Origin: Octopus sinensis
Lineage: Eukaryota
NCBI RefSeq assembly: GCF_006345805.1
Contig: NC_042999.1
Coordinates: 27,280,001-27,344,000, forward strand
Reading direction: 5' to 3'
Length of the DNA stretch: 64,000 nucleotides
Shown here piece by piece: positions 1 through 11,955 of the stretch. How positions within the stretch are numbered: position 1 is the stretch's first letter; each line of letters begins with the position of its first letter. Below the pieces are notes generated by a model, which was not told where the DNA came from, made no database searches, and worked only from the letters and a program-made list of their open reading frames with translations. The position numbers and the translations under genes are program-made.

Positions 1-2
1 AA

Positions 3-128
3 GTTTCTAAACTTGAACAGTTGGTCCATAGTAACTTCCAGTTCTGTTACATTTCCGCCCACCGCGGCTGAAACAGTCTGTTTTTCCTCATTTTCCTGCT
101 GGTTTGCCGCAGTATTTCCTTTTCCCAT
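3..128 (-). CDS. Possible start of a coding exon or LINE ORF1, truncated by the window edge: MGKGNTAANQQENEEKQTVSAAVGGNVTELEVTMDQLFKFRN
   Basis: Manual minus-strand translation: ATG at 128-126, stop 7 codons upstream in frame, open to the edge, non-repetitive composition. No family recognised. Confidence 0.25.
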   Translation of the reverse strand, partial: MGKGNTAANQQENEEKQTVSAAVGGNVTELEVTMDQLFKFRN

Positions 129-394
129 CTCAGGAAAGTCATTATTTCACGATAAGTCAAATTCCATTAGAAACTATTTTTTCTTACAATACTTGTCACA
201 AATGACAAGAAAAATTTTCAAAAAAAGTAACCAGTTCACAATTTTCAGTACAAATAAGATAAATTTTCTGCCTCGCAAGACGAAAATCACTGTTTGTCGA
301 AAGACAACAGTTCAAAATCAGAAATATTTATTGCATTAGAAATATTGCATTTCTAAATGTTTCAGAGAGATTTATACAGTAGCAGCACAATAAA

Positions 395-683
395 GTGATG
401 GTTTGTTGCCAACTTAATGTGTAGTCCCAAGAAAGGGAAGAATGCTACTGCTATTTATCCCCAAGAGACACCGTTTCCAGTTGGCTATGTGACACAAGCG
501 TACTGTGTTTTAAAACAGGGGAGATAAGCACCTCCACGCAGCAAAGCCAGGACCCAGAGACTAGTTTCAGAGTCTTTGCTCTTCATCACATAGTCAACTG
601 GAAACGGTGTTTTCTGTGCCTAAATATCAGTAGCGTTCTTCCGTTTCCTGGGACTTCCACATTAAGTAGGCAACAAAACAACA
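395..683. mobile_element. Foldback/MITE-like element with ~95-bp imperfect inverted arms
   Basis: 395-492 (gttgccaacttaatgtgtagtccca...ccgtttccagttggctatgtga) is the reverse complement of 586-683 (tcacatagtcaactggaaacgg...attaagtaggcaac). No clear TSD. Confidence 0.7.
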
Positions 684-766
684 CGGTTAAGCAGTTCCGT
701 TTACAAATATGAAATACCAAGTTCGAATAGTTTTGACGGGAAAAAAATATATCTTCTTTCTTCTAA

Positions 767-997
767 TACTTGTTTCAATCATTTGACTGCAGCCATGCTG
801 GAGCACTGCCTTAAAGGGTTTTAGTCGAAGAAACCGACTCCAGGACTTATTCTTTGTAAGCTTAGTACTTATTCTATCGGTTTCTTTTTCCGAACCGCTA
901 AGTTACGGGGACGTAAACACGCCAGCATAGGTTGTCAAGGGATGTTGGGGGCATACACAGACACACAAACATATACACACACATACAAATATACATA

Positions 998-1031
<34 letters not shown>

Positions 1032-1176
1032 CGAAGGGCTTCTTTCAGTTTCCGTCTACCAAATCCACTCACAAGCCTTTGGTCGGTCCGAGGCTATAGT
1101 AAAAGACACTTGCCCAAAGTGCCACGCAGTGGGACTGAACCCGGAACAAAGCTGCTTACCACATCACTCCTACACC
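767..1176 (-). mobile_element. tRNA-derived SINE, family A, near full length
   Basis: Matches copies at 30838 and 55692: head GTGGTAAG...GGGTTCAGTCCC, core GTGGATTTGGTAGACGGAAACTGAAAGAAGCCC, internal microsatellite, tail CATGGCTGCAGTCAAATGA. Confidence 0.85.
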
Positions 1177-1300
1177 TATATATATATACACAGATATACA
1201 TACATATATATATATATACACACATATATATATTATACATATATACACATATATATATACATAATATATATATATATTATATATATATATTATATATATA

Positions 1301-1710
1301 TTTATTATATAGAAGGAGCTTCTACAGGACTAGTACTGTTTCATTCAAGAGAAATCTTCAGGAAGCTATTTAACAAGAATTGTATTAGCATTATACATTT
1401 AGGCAGGTTTAAAGAGTGGTGGTGGGGACTTTTTTGGGGGTAGGCATAGCGCAAAATATCATACTTGGGGGAGTGGTCAAGGAGTCAGTGGTAAGTTAGA
1501 TGAAAGAATAGATAATAAAAAATAAAAAATAAAAAATAAAAAATAAAATATATGTATTGTATATGTATGTGTATTATGTATGTATGTGTGTATGTGGTAT
1601 ATATGTATGTATATGTGTATGTGTGTGTACATGTATATATATGTGTGTGTGTGTATATATATATATGTTTATATGTGAGTATGTAGAGAATAAGTATATG
1701 CATGTGTATA

Positions 1711-1756
<46 letters not shown>

Positions 1757-1987
1757 GGTATGTGTATCCGTGTATATATGTATGTGTGTGTGTATTATAT
1801 GTATGTATGTGTGTATATATGTATGTGTATATGTGTATGTGTGTGTATATATGTGTATATATATATATTATATTATATATGTTGTATGTGTATGTGTATG
1901 TGTGTGTATGTGTGCATGTATGTGTATGTGTATATGTGTATATATATGTATGTGTATATGTATGTATATGTGTGTATGTGTATGTGT

Positions 1988-2041
<54 letters not shown>

Positions 2042-2570
2042 GTGTGTATGTGTGTATATATATATATGTATATATGAGTGCGCGTGTGTGTATGTATGCA
2101 TATATGTATGTATGCATGTATATTGTATGTATATATGTGTGGATTGTGTGCATATATGTATATGTAAGTATGTGCGCGTGTATGAGTATGTATGTATGCT
2201 TGCACACGTGTATATATATGTGTGCGTGTGTATATATATGGATGCGCGTGCGTGCGTGCACGTGTATGGGTACGCATGTGTATATGTGTATGTCCGTGTA
2301 GGTGTATGTATGCATATATGTTGTATGCATGTATATGTGTATGTATATATGTGTGTAAGTGTGTGCATATATGTATATGTAAGTATGTGTGCGTGTATGA
2401 GTATGTATGTATGCTTGCACACGTGTATATATGTGTGTGTGTGTATACATATGGATGCATGTGCGTGTGGGCACGTGTATGGGTACGCATGTATATGTGT
2501 ATGTGCGTGTATGCGTATACGTGTATGTATGTATGTATGTGTGGGCGTATATTTGTATATGTATGTGTGA

Positions 2571-2617
<47 letters not shown>

Positions 2618-2999
2618 TGGGGGTGTGTGTATGCGTATAAGTGCATGTAAGTATGGATGTATGGATGTATGTATGTATGTTTACGTATGTATGTGTTTGT
2701 GTGTATATGTATGTAGGTGTGTGTATGTATGTGTGTATATATGTATATATGTATATATGTGTGTATATATGTTTGTGTATGTAATATATAGTTATGTATG
2801 TGTGTGTATATATATGGGTGTGTGTGTATGTATGTATGTTATATATATATATATATGTATAATATATATTATATGTATGTATTATATATATATATATATG
2901 TACATGTATGTGTGGGTATTATATATATATATATATATAGGTATGTATCTGTATGTAGGAGTATATATATGTGTGTGTGTGTGTGTATGTGTATATGTG

Positions 3000-3033
<34 letters not shown>

Positions 3034-3814
3034 TATATGTATATTTATTGGTGTATATATATAGACTAGCCTCCTAAAGTGTAGACATGAATCTGTAGGT
3101 ACGAGTACGTATGTGTATATACGTGAACGTATGTAGATGTTTGTATGTATGAATATAACGCGTGCGTACGTGTATGTGTATGAGTGTACGAATGGGTGTA
3201 TGTACGTGCTAATGAGTGTGCGTGCGGGAACGAGGACTTGCCTTCTAGTAGACAGACAATTTGGACATGCTGCCATCGCCAGGATCCTTAGCTCTAGCGA
3301 TCAAAGATAACAAAAGTAATAAATGAAGATAATAAAATTAAAATTAGGGAATGGGCCTGTATTGGATTTGTATATATATATATATATTATATATATATTA
3401 TATATATTATAATATATATATATATATATATATATGTGTATGTGTGTATGTATAGGTATGTATAGGCACACATGTGTACGTATGTGTGTGTGTATGTATA
3501 TGTGTTTATGTATGTATGTGCACACATTTTATTTTTTTATTTTTTTATTTTTTATTTTTTATTTTTTATTTTTTATTTTTTTATTTTTTATTTTTTATTT
3601 ATCTATTCTTTCATCTAACTTACCACTGACTCCTTGACCACTCCCCCAAGTATGATATTTTGCGCTATGCCTACCCCCAAAAAAGTCCCCCACCACCACT
3701 CCTTTAAACCTGCCTAAATGTATAAATGCTAATACAATTCTTGTTAAATAGCTTCCTGAAGATTCTCTGAATGAAACAGTACTAGTCCTGTAGAAGCTCC
3801 TTCTATATAATAAA
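1301..3814. repeat. Segment bounded by ~250-bp near-identical inverted repeats (1301-1550 / 3529-3814)
   Basis: Base-by-base comparison of the unique part shows no substitutions, only single-base homopolymer indels. Inner ends are (TAAAAAA)n. Confidence 0.9.
1551..3060. repeat. Compound (TG/TA/TATG)n microsatellite field including a ~215-bp tandem duplication (~2075-2510)
   Basis: Direct reading; gtgtgcatatatgtatatgtaagtatgtg recurs at 2146 and 2361. Confidence 0.9.
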
Positions 3815-3881
3815 TTAATTTTACTCTGCTATGTATTGAGTACCTTACTTACTGTGGTTAACCCCGGATCAACCCGGGACC

Positions 3882-3924
<43 letters not shown>

Positions 3925-4133
3925 CATTCATGTTGAAACAAGTGAACAAGAAATTGCCAGAAACGACAATTTGAGTTTAGCACACCAATTATCATTTTTT
4001 TATAAGAATGGGATTGATCAAATCTGAAAGCACCACCATGTGTTATGAAGAACGAATTTAACGCATGCAAGATTTCAGTTTTAACATCCCTCAAAGCAAC
4101 AGTCAGGCTATGAACTTTTCAGCCTACCCTCAT
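3925..4133 (+). mobile_element. Probable 3' remnant of a mariner-like transposon
   Basis: ORF end FYKNGIDQI resembles the mariner C-terminal FY..GI..L motif. 4102-4133 reverse complement TATGAGGGTAGGCTGAAAAGTTCATAG resembles mariner TA-CGAGGG TIRs. Confidence 0.4.
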
Positions 4134-5934
4134 AATCACATTCAAGTGAGAACGTGACCCAATGATGTAGATCCAGTGGTTGTCTTCATTCTGATAATGT
4201 CTTTTAAATTATTTATTGTTTGTAATTTACATAAATTGGTGTTTTTATTTTGTTGTGTCTGGAGAGAGTCATTTTCTTTTAGTGCCTTATAATTTAACAC
4301 ACTCACCGGTAAAATTTCCACTTATTTCTTATTTTTATTTTCTAAAATTTTCGTTGCGTCTTGCAACCTTTTCAATACTCTTGACTCTGTCCGTTATTTA
4401 CACTGCGTTACCTTTAGTTTGTTTGTGCGCATGTGTGTGGGTCAGTGTGTGTGTGTGTTGTGTGTGTGTGTGTGTGTGCCTATACATGCATACATGTACG
4501 TATGTATGTGTGTGTGTGTTTTTATTTGTTTTCTTTTAACATACTAATTCAGTTTAAAGTCTCTTGTTACTGTTGTTGTTGGCTATAATTAATTTCAAAT
4601 GTAGCTACAGACTGAGATTGGATACTTAAAAAACGCAAGAGCATCGCGACAATTTCATTGTGATTTAGCCACTTAAGAGATTAAATAGAAAATTGAAAAA
4701 CCTTTAAAAGAAACTGATCATACCTCATTATAAAATAATAACATGTCAATCAGTAAAACATCAACATACAAGTATAAGGTTAAACAGAATCTCTTCTAAT
4801 GCTGTATTTATTCCACAGCATCACACCAAATGTCTAGTGACACAATACTCACATTTACTGTGTGATAGTAAATATCATCTCACTATCGTGGGCTTATAAT
4901 GTAGTGTATAATTGTTGAATATTTCTGTCTTTTGCTGTTCAGTATTCGAATATTTCTTTAAGTATATACCCATGACCAAAAGAAAAATTGTATAGTTATG
5001 ATAACTGTCATCAGACTTTGTCCTATAATACACAGCATAAAGACGGTAAGCGATAACAATTGTCATGAGACAAATTACTGCAGTATTGTCCCATTGCCAG
5101 GCTGTCTAGTATTACAGTATACAACACAGTGATGTATCCGTCGGTTCCTGATTTAGCTAAATAAAGCAGATCGAGATATTTCTAAGTGCTCGACGTCTTG
5201 CAGATCATATTATCTTTAAAATAGATAAGAAAGGAATGTTACATTGGATAATTCAGTTCTACCTACAGCGTTAGAAAATTACATGTGCTAATGGTGGGAA
5301 GGTGATTAATCATAGGTCGCCTCGATCAATATTGACCTGGAGTTAAGCACCAACAACAACATTATCTAATGAATATCGAGATGAGTCTTGTCAAACTAAT
5401 TATATATCTGTCATACATCAGTGTGATCTATCACTTCTCTACCACTTACTCATTTTTCTCTATCATCTTTCTTTCGCTTCGAAGTGCTGAAATATAGTTT
5501 TGATGTCTTGTTTTTATGTTGATACTGAGACGGACAATAAGAAACCAAACTATCTATTGTATTTTTCTCTTTTATTTCTTGTTTTCAGGAAAACAGATCG
5601 CTTTGCTTAAGCAACCAGTGGTAATTTCCGTTCCTGAATATCATCATGGTTTCTGAAAGATTTTGTATTATTTATCAAAGATACTTTCCATTATTGTCAT
5701 CATTTGGACTTCTTTTTCTGTCCTTCTGTTGTTATTGTTGTTATTGTTGTCTTGTTTGTGGTTGTTGTCACTACTGTCTCTGTTGTCTGTGTCTTTTGTT
5801 ACGAACGTGATTAAAATTTAAGCTCTCTTCTGGCTCATGGTTTCCATTTGCAACTGTCACGACAAACATCATATATTACCATATATTTAACAATCTATCT
5901 CAAATCATTTTGGCTCGTTTCAATTAAATGTTTA

Positions 5935-5941
5935 TTAGTCT

Positions 5942-5974
<33 letters not shown>

Positions 5975-6050
5975 CACTACTACTACTGCTGCTGGTGTTG
6001 CTGCTGCTACTCTTACTACTACTATTACTGCTGCTCCTACTACTACTAAG
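5935..6050. repeat. (CTA/CTG)n trinucleotide tract
   Basis: Direct reading. Confidence 0.95.
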
Positions 6051-6099
6051 GTGAAGTAGAGGTTCTTGATTGGTAAAGTATCTTGCTTTGCAATAGATA

Positions 6100-6207
6100 G
6101 GTATCTTCTCTGTTCTGGGTTCAAATGCTACCGATGTCGATTTTGCCTTTCATCCTTTTGGTGTCATGAAATCGTTGCGACCCATCGTAGTGGCTAATAA
6201 AGAATCT
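6100..6207 (+). mobile_element. SINE family B, degraded
   Basis: gttctgggttcaaatgc...gtcgattttgcctttcatcc...gtggctaataaagaat matches the copy at 29663. Confidence 0.55.
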
Positions 6208-6874
6208 TGTGACTTCTATTTATTTTTTTTCTTTCTCTCATATGTAATATATCCTACGAACACGAAGGAATTCCTGAAGTATATCTAGTTCCTTTCATAT
6301 CCATACTTTTAAGGACATCAGTCATCAATACAACCGAACAGAGTGAACGGGCTTTAAACAGCATACTATAAGGTGCATACGCAAATTTAAAATTATTACA
6401 TATGAACAAATGAGTATGCCTATTGTTTCTCTGTGTGTATATCCGTGTAGCTGCGAGCAAATATGGTTTCTGTTTTGGTGATGTGCTTATGTGTAGTGTG
6501 TATGTGTATGTCATGTTCATTTTGCAGCCTTTTATGAATGTGTGTATTTTGCATAAGTACATGGGACAATATTCCATATGTCTCTCTCTTAATTTTATAT
6601 CGATATTATTTGTTTTTGTTTTTTTTTACCGCTCTGCAACCAGCAAGATTTTCATCCTGTTCCATTACTAGAAGTCAATTTTTATATTGTTTTCAAAGCC
6701 TCCATAAATCTCTAATAATTGCACTTTTCACAATGATACCGTTAGTGTACATGACCCTTGAAATGGTATTGCTATCCCTAAATATAATTAATGTATTTAT
6801 ATATGTGTACATATATACATTTGTATGTGCGTATGTATGGCAATGTGTAAATGTGGATGACTGAGAGAGAGAGT

Positions 6875-7060
6875 ATTCATAAAAAAATAAAAGACGAAGA
6901 CAGGTGGTGTAGACAACATACAGATGTTTTAGTATAACGCTCGGGGAATGTAAAAGTCTTTAACGTTTCGAGCCTACGCTCTTCCACAGAAAGGAACACA
7001 GAAAGAAACAAGGACAGAAAATAAAGAATGTGCACTGGCTAGCGATCTATCATTGCGAAT
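6875..7060 (-). mobile_element. Dispersed repeat resembling a Penelope-like terminal repeat (pseudo-LTR), copy 1 of 3
   Basis: Homologous to 37440-37630 and 58115-58330; carries a hammerhead-like motif. PLE assignment is inferred from the motif. Confidence 0.6.
6958..6993 (-). ncRNA. Minimal type I hammerhead-like motif, variant core CUGUGGA
   Basis: RNA CUUU-CUGUGGA-A-GAGC(GUAG)GCUC-GAAA-C-GUU-AAAG: stem I CUUU/AAAG, stem II 4 bp, palindromic helix III, GUU triplet. Confidence 0.6.
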
Positions 7061-7417
7061 GCCGGACAGAAGGGTCACACAGGAGAGCTAGGGAGAAGAG
7101 GAGATAATAAAGTAGTGGTGATGCCAAAACAAAAGTGCGTGTGTATAAGACGGTTTGTATGTGCGTGTGGAAGAGGGCTGGCGATCTTGATGCGTGCGTG
7201 TGTGTATGTGTAGGTGTGAAAATATGGGTCTGGGAAGTGCTTTGTGCTGGTGTGTGCGTGATAGTGTGTTGTGTGGTATGGTGGTGTATGATGTAGTGTT
7301 ATGTGGTGTGGCGTGATGGTGTTGGGAGGTGGGGTATGTGGGAGTGAGTGTAAGTGATGAGGTGGGTGGGTGGGGAAGGATAGGTAAGGTGGGGTGGAAT
7401 GTGTAGGCGTGGGGTGG

Positions 7418-7454
<37 letters not shown>

Positions 7455-7456
<2 letters not shown>

Positions 7457-7737
7457 GAAGGTGCATGGCTCAGTGGTTAGAGCTACGATCGTGAGGTTGT
7501 GAGTTCGAATCCCGGATCGGGCTGCGTGTTGTGTTCTTGAGCAAGACACTTTATTTCACGTTGCTCCAGTTCACTCAGCTGTAGAAATGAATAGCGACGT
7601 CACTTTCCCTTGGATAACACTGGTGGCGGAGAGAGGGGAGGCCGGTATGCATGGGCGACTGCTAGTCTTCCATAAACAACCTTGCCCGGACTTGTGCCTG
7701 GGAGGGTAACTTTCTAGGTGCAATCCCATGGTCAGTC
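7455..7737 (+). mobile_element. tRNA-derived SINE, family C
   Basis: A box TGGCTCAGTGG, B box GAGTTCGAATCC, core TTCTTGAGCAAGACACTT; homologues at 28942, 29307, 57395. Confidence 0.85.
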
Positions 7738-8421
7738 TGATATTCTTTTCATTATTAAAAATAAATAATATTGCTCTGTATATAAAGATTCACTTCTTGA
7801 AATCGTTTTCTCAATTTCCTTTGTCTAAACTTCCTGTCTTTGGCGTCTAGCCAGCTCTTTACACACGCACACACATAAGCGCGCACGCGTGTATGTATAC
7901 GTTATTACAGTTGTGAGGTTTTGTGATAAAAACGTATTCCAAAAGTTACTCCCATGTCAAAAAAATTCCAGACGAAGATAGACGCATTTTGCTCAATTAA
8001 TTAAATGAAGTACTGTATATAGTACATTGATTTTCCAATACATATTTCGGACATTTTGGGAACAGGTCGCCTTATATTTCATATTTAAATCCCATGTGAT
8101 TATTCTTGACGCAAATCGACTTACTAACACTTTCACTTAACTGATTTGTCAATGTCAACATAGTAACCAAGCAACCAGCTATTTACACACATGTATGTAT
8201 ACATCATTACAATTGTGACGATTTCAGATGAAAAAGAGTTTCTGAAGTTACTTTTATTTTGTATATTTTTTATCCAGCGTTCTATTTGTGTAAGATCTAT
8301 ACCTGTGTGACTGTGTGTGTGTAAAAGAAAAATTAAGATGGAGATTTCATTTAATTGATCAATTGTCCACGGGGTATAACTACAGATTTCTGCCCCACCT
8401 CCATTCCCACCGATTTTGTAT

Positions 8422-8640
8422 ACTCTTTTTACTCTCGTTTACTTGCTTCAGTCATTTAATGTTGCCATGCTGGAGCACCTCCTTTAGTCGAGCAATTCGA
8501 CTCCAGGACTTATTCTTTGCAAGCCTAGTACTTATTCCATCGGTCTTTGGCCGTTCCGCTAAGTTACGGAGACGTAAACACACCAGTAACGGTTGACAAG
8601 CGATGATGGGGGGGACAAACACAGACACACAAACATATAC
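8422..8640 (-). mobile_element. SINE family A, 3' half
   Basis: Matches the 3' half of the 55692-56103 copy. Confidence 0.8.
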
Positions 8641-8759
8641 ACACACATACATACACATATATATATATGTATATGTGTGTGTATGTGTGTGTGCGTGAGT
8701 GTATGAATATGCCTGTGTCTGTATGCATGTATGTATAGATATACATCCCCACCTATCAT

Positions 8760-10350
8760 CACCATTGCTTCTTTTTCTTGTCTTTTCTGTTGAAGCTATT
8801 CTTATTTTCAATGTTTTGAATTTCTTTCGTTTTCCTTTTAACTCTCTAGGGAATTCGTTCGTAAGCTTTTTTCATTTACTTTTTCTGCTTCTTTTAAATT
8901 TATTTACGGTACATCCTCGTATTTTTCCTCGTCTGGCTTGAAATTTTTTAATTACCTCTTAACTAAAGTAAATAGATGGCTCATCTATGTACTTTGATAT
9001 TAATATGGGGCCTGTCAACCGCGGAGGAACCCTGCGACCGCAGGGGTTGCAGGGGCTTAGCAACGACCCTTGTCTCGGGTGGCATGGACTGGATAGACGG
9101 TATCGTCTGAAGTCCGTCTTTGATTGTTTTGGGACATATTTTATAAATGTGTGTAAAAATGAAAATTGATTATGGCTATATTCCAAGCTGAGTTGAATAT
9201 TTTCATTTTATCCATTGAGAAGTGTTTCAATTTCTTTCAGCTTCTCTAGAATAAAGCCATCATTAAAGTACCCCTTTCTGTCCTCTATGTATACGGAAAA
9301 CGATTTTCCGTATGTTTTAGAGATTTTAGTATAACGTGATCTCTAGGTAGTGAATAACTAGATTCGTCCCTATCTCTAGGTAGTCAATAACTAGATTCGT
9401 CCCTATCACAATCCCAAGATTTTGTCGAAAATAGTTGTCGTCGGCCATTAAATAACTATGCTCTAAGATATTTTAGTCCATTTATTATAAATGCTTTGTT
9501 ATGCGATTGTGGACTTCAGAAATATAACTATTTGATCAGAATGTAATAGTCTCTATTCTTAAATCGTGGAGGATGTTTGAATAGAGAATCACGACATCGA
9601 AAGATACTGCTAAGTTTTCTCGTTGACTGTTTTCGGATGATGGCTGAGCATGATGTTTTTGGGTGATGTTTGAGTATACTAAATCATCTCTTATGAATCT
9701 TCTGATGTACTTCAGCAGGATATCCAAAATATTACTCAGGTGATAGCTTTCTCATGCAAGACAAGTTATTATTGATCTTAATTTCACATCGTTTGGTGAT
9801 GGGACATTAATATATACACCGGTGGCTCCATTCATTCTCCTCTCATTTTTTTCCGCTTTGTAAATTTTGGCATAGAAGCTAGATTTACAATAGAAATAGT
9901 TAATACAATCGTGCTAATTGTCGGTGAGTTCATCTTGGTATAAGTGTATTTATATTCTAAGTTTTCTCAGTATTTTTTCTCGACTGTAGTGATGGAGCCT
10001 ATGTATCGATTTCTAATTTGGATAACAGAAGATGTTTATAGTATTTTGTGTCCGTCAACACTACTGCATTTCTTTTATCGGCCTCTTTTCAATGTTTCTT
10101 TAACATCTTGCTTAGCTCCTCCCACTCACTCTTACTGAAGTTTAGTTTGTGCTTATGTGTGTGTTGATATGGCTAATTCAAAGTATATTCACAGGAGGAA
10201 TTGTGAAAGGCTTTTGAAGTTACTTCCTGATGGATGGGGTTTAGTTATTGTTCTTTCTTACTTTCGACACATCATTGTTTTTGTTCTGCAGTTCTTCATT
10301 CAATCAGTCTCATTTTCCTACATAATTCAAAAACGCTGTCTTTTTTTCAT
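8760..10350 (-). mobile_element. Degraded Penelope-like retroelement, reverse transcriptase region
   Basis: Across frameshifts: KEADKRNAVV, MPKFYK, SFDVVILYSNI (motif A), YFRQNLGIVIGT (motif B), RYFNDGF (YxDD remnant), SSPCHP. Confidence 0.75.
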
Positions 10351-10569
10351 TATAGTTGCGGCGTTATCGGGTTGATCTGAATTTGGAGAGTATGCTAATG
10401 TGCTGTGGTGTTAATCATTTGTTTCATGAATTAATCATTAGAATTTTTTTTTGCTGTTATTGAAAGTATGCTGCCACCGGATACCTCTAATGATTCCCTA
10501 ATCATTGCACATGCATAAACGGAAGTCCATATAGAAATATATTTTTTTAAATGATAATCACGTGTGTGA

Positions 10570-10750
10570 CTGTGCTTGCTTCCCAAATACCTTGTTCTCG
10601 GTTCAGTCCCGCTGCGTGGTACCTTTGACAGGCATCTTATACTCAACCGCGGGCTGACTAAAGCCTAGCGAGTGAATTAGGCAGTTGAAAACTGAAAGCA
10701 TGTGGTTAGACAGCAAAAACTTCTTACTCCACAGCCACTCTTACACGCAT
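10570..10750. mobile_element. Two opposed SINE family A head fragments
   Basis: Plus-strand ggttcagtcccgctgcgtgg...aaactgaaag followed by a reverse-oriented head start (ccacagccactc). Confidence 0.55.
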
Positions 10751-10910
10751 ACACAGACATATGCATCATATATACATATATACTTGTATACATACATACA
10801 TACATATTTGCATACATAAATTCATATATATTTATATATATATATATATATATAAGAAATTTAAAAAGGAAAATGCACACACTTTACATAGTTTTAATAT
10901 AATTTTTAAT

Positions 10911-10945
10911 ATATCGACCGCTTTCGCTTTCGTTATTCATGATAT
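10911..10945 (-). ncRNA. Minimal hammerhead-like motif with A3-U8 core (inverted copy)
   Basis: RNA AUAUC-AUGAAUA-AC(GAAA)GC-GAAA-GCGG-UC-GAUAU; perfect 5-bp stem I; stems II and III each carry one mismatch. Confidence 0.5.
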
Positions 10946-11868
10946 TATGGTTTACTTATTTGAATATGTATTTTCTTAAGGAAGAATTTTTGTCCATGTT
11001 GTGTTTGATGATATTTACGAGTGAATGACTTCACATCCAAAACTGAACGACATCCTGAAATCACACAAACTCATCAAATGCAAAAAAGCAACACAAATCT
11101 CTAAAGAGACTAGTAACAAATGCGAAGCTTTACAAAACGAACACGAAACCAAAGGTTCAAAAATTTGGACGCCCAAACTGTGGGACCTGCCCCCAACTTA
11201 CTTGAAGGCTCGGATTTCCTTTTCAAACACGGACATAGTTTCACAATTAAAAATAGTTTCACAATTAAAAATAGTTTCACTTGCGCCTCTGAGAACCTAA
11301 TTTATATAATAACCTGCTTGGGTTGCGGACACAACTATATTGGACTGACGAGTATGACCTTGAGAAACAGAACCACTCTACATAAAGAGCAAATCCGTTT
11401 CCTGCAGTACAGGCAAATTCCTCTCAGTGGACATATAGAAAAATGTGCAGATAACATCAAACCAAATTTCACAGTCTTCCCCTTCTACCAGTGCAAAGAT
11501 ACAATCTCTCCAAAAGAACGTTTAAATAAAGAAACTTTTTGTCATTGAAAAATACAGAACACGTCTTAATATGCACGCATAACCAACTTTTATCTTTTTA
11601 CATATTTCAATTCAAGATCACATCACTGTACATAAATCCCCTCATTAAACAAGTTTTTCGGAACTCTTTTTTCTTTGTCTGTATATATATGCCCTTACCG
11701 AAAGCTGAACAGCTATCTCCCTTGCCCACAACAATAACAATAATAACGATAATCAATTACCACACCATATTTTTCTACTTGTGAAGTCATTCACTCGTAA
11801 ATATCATCACACACGACATGGACAAAATTTCTTCTTAAGAAAATATATATTCAAATAAGTAAACCATA

Positions 11869-11903
11869 ATATCATGAATAGCAAAAGCGAAACCGGTCGA
11901 TGT
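11869..11903 (+). ncRNA. Minimal hammerhead-like motif with A3-U8 core, GUC site
   Basis: RNA AUAUC-AUGAAUA-GC(AAAA)GC-GAAA-CCGG-UC-GAUGU; sense to the PLE endonuclease and in its 3' end. Confidence 0.65.
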
Positions 11904-11955
11904 ATTAAAGATTATATTAAAACTATGTAAATGTACATTTTCCTTTGTTTAATTT

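Noticed and set aside
942-3637. Many long Y/I/H/T/C/V-rich ORFs (also at 27.6-29.9, 39.5-39.9, 41.6, 52.8, 55.4, 57.9, 60.2 and 63.7 kb)
   Set aside because: Translations of (TA)/(TG)/(CA) microsatellites, which lack stop codons in several frames.
7455-7530. tRNA gene candidates at SINE heads (also 34400-34479, 59470-59543)
   Set aside because: No complete acceptor stem, and each continues into a SINE body.
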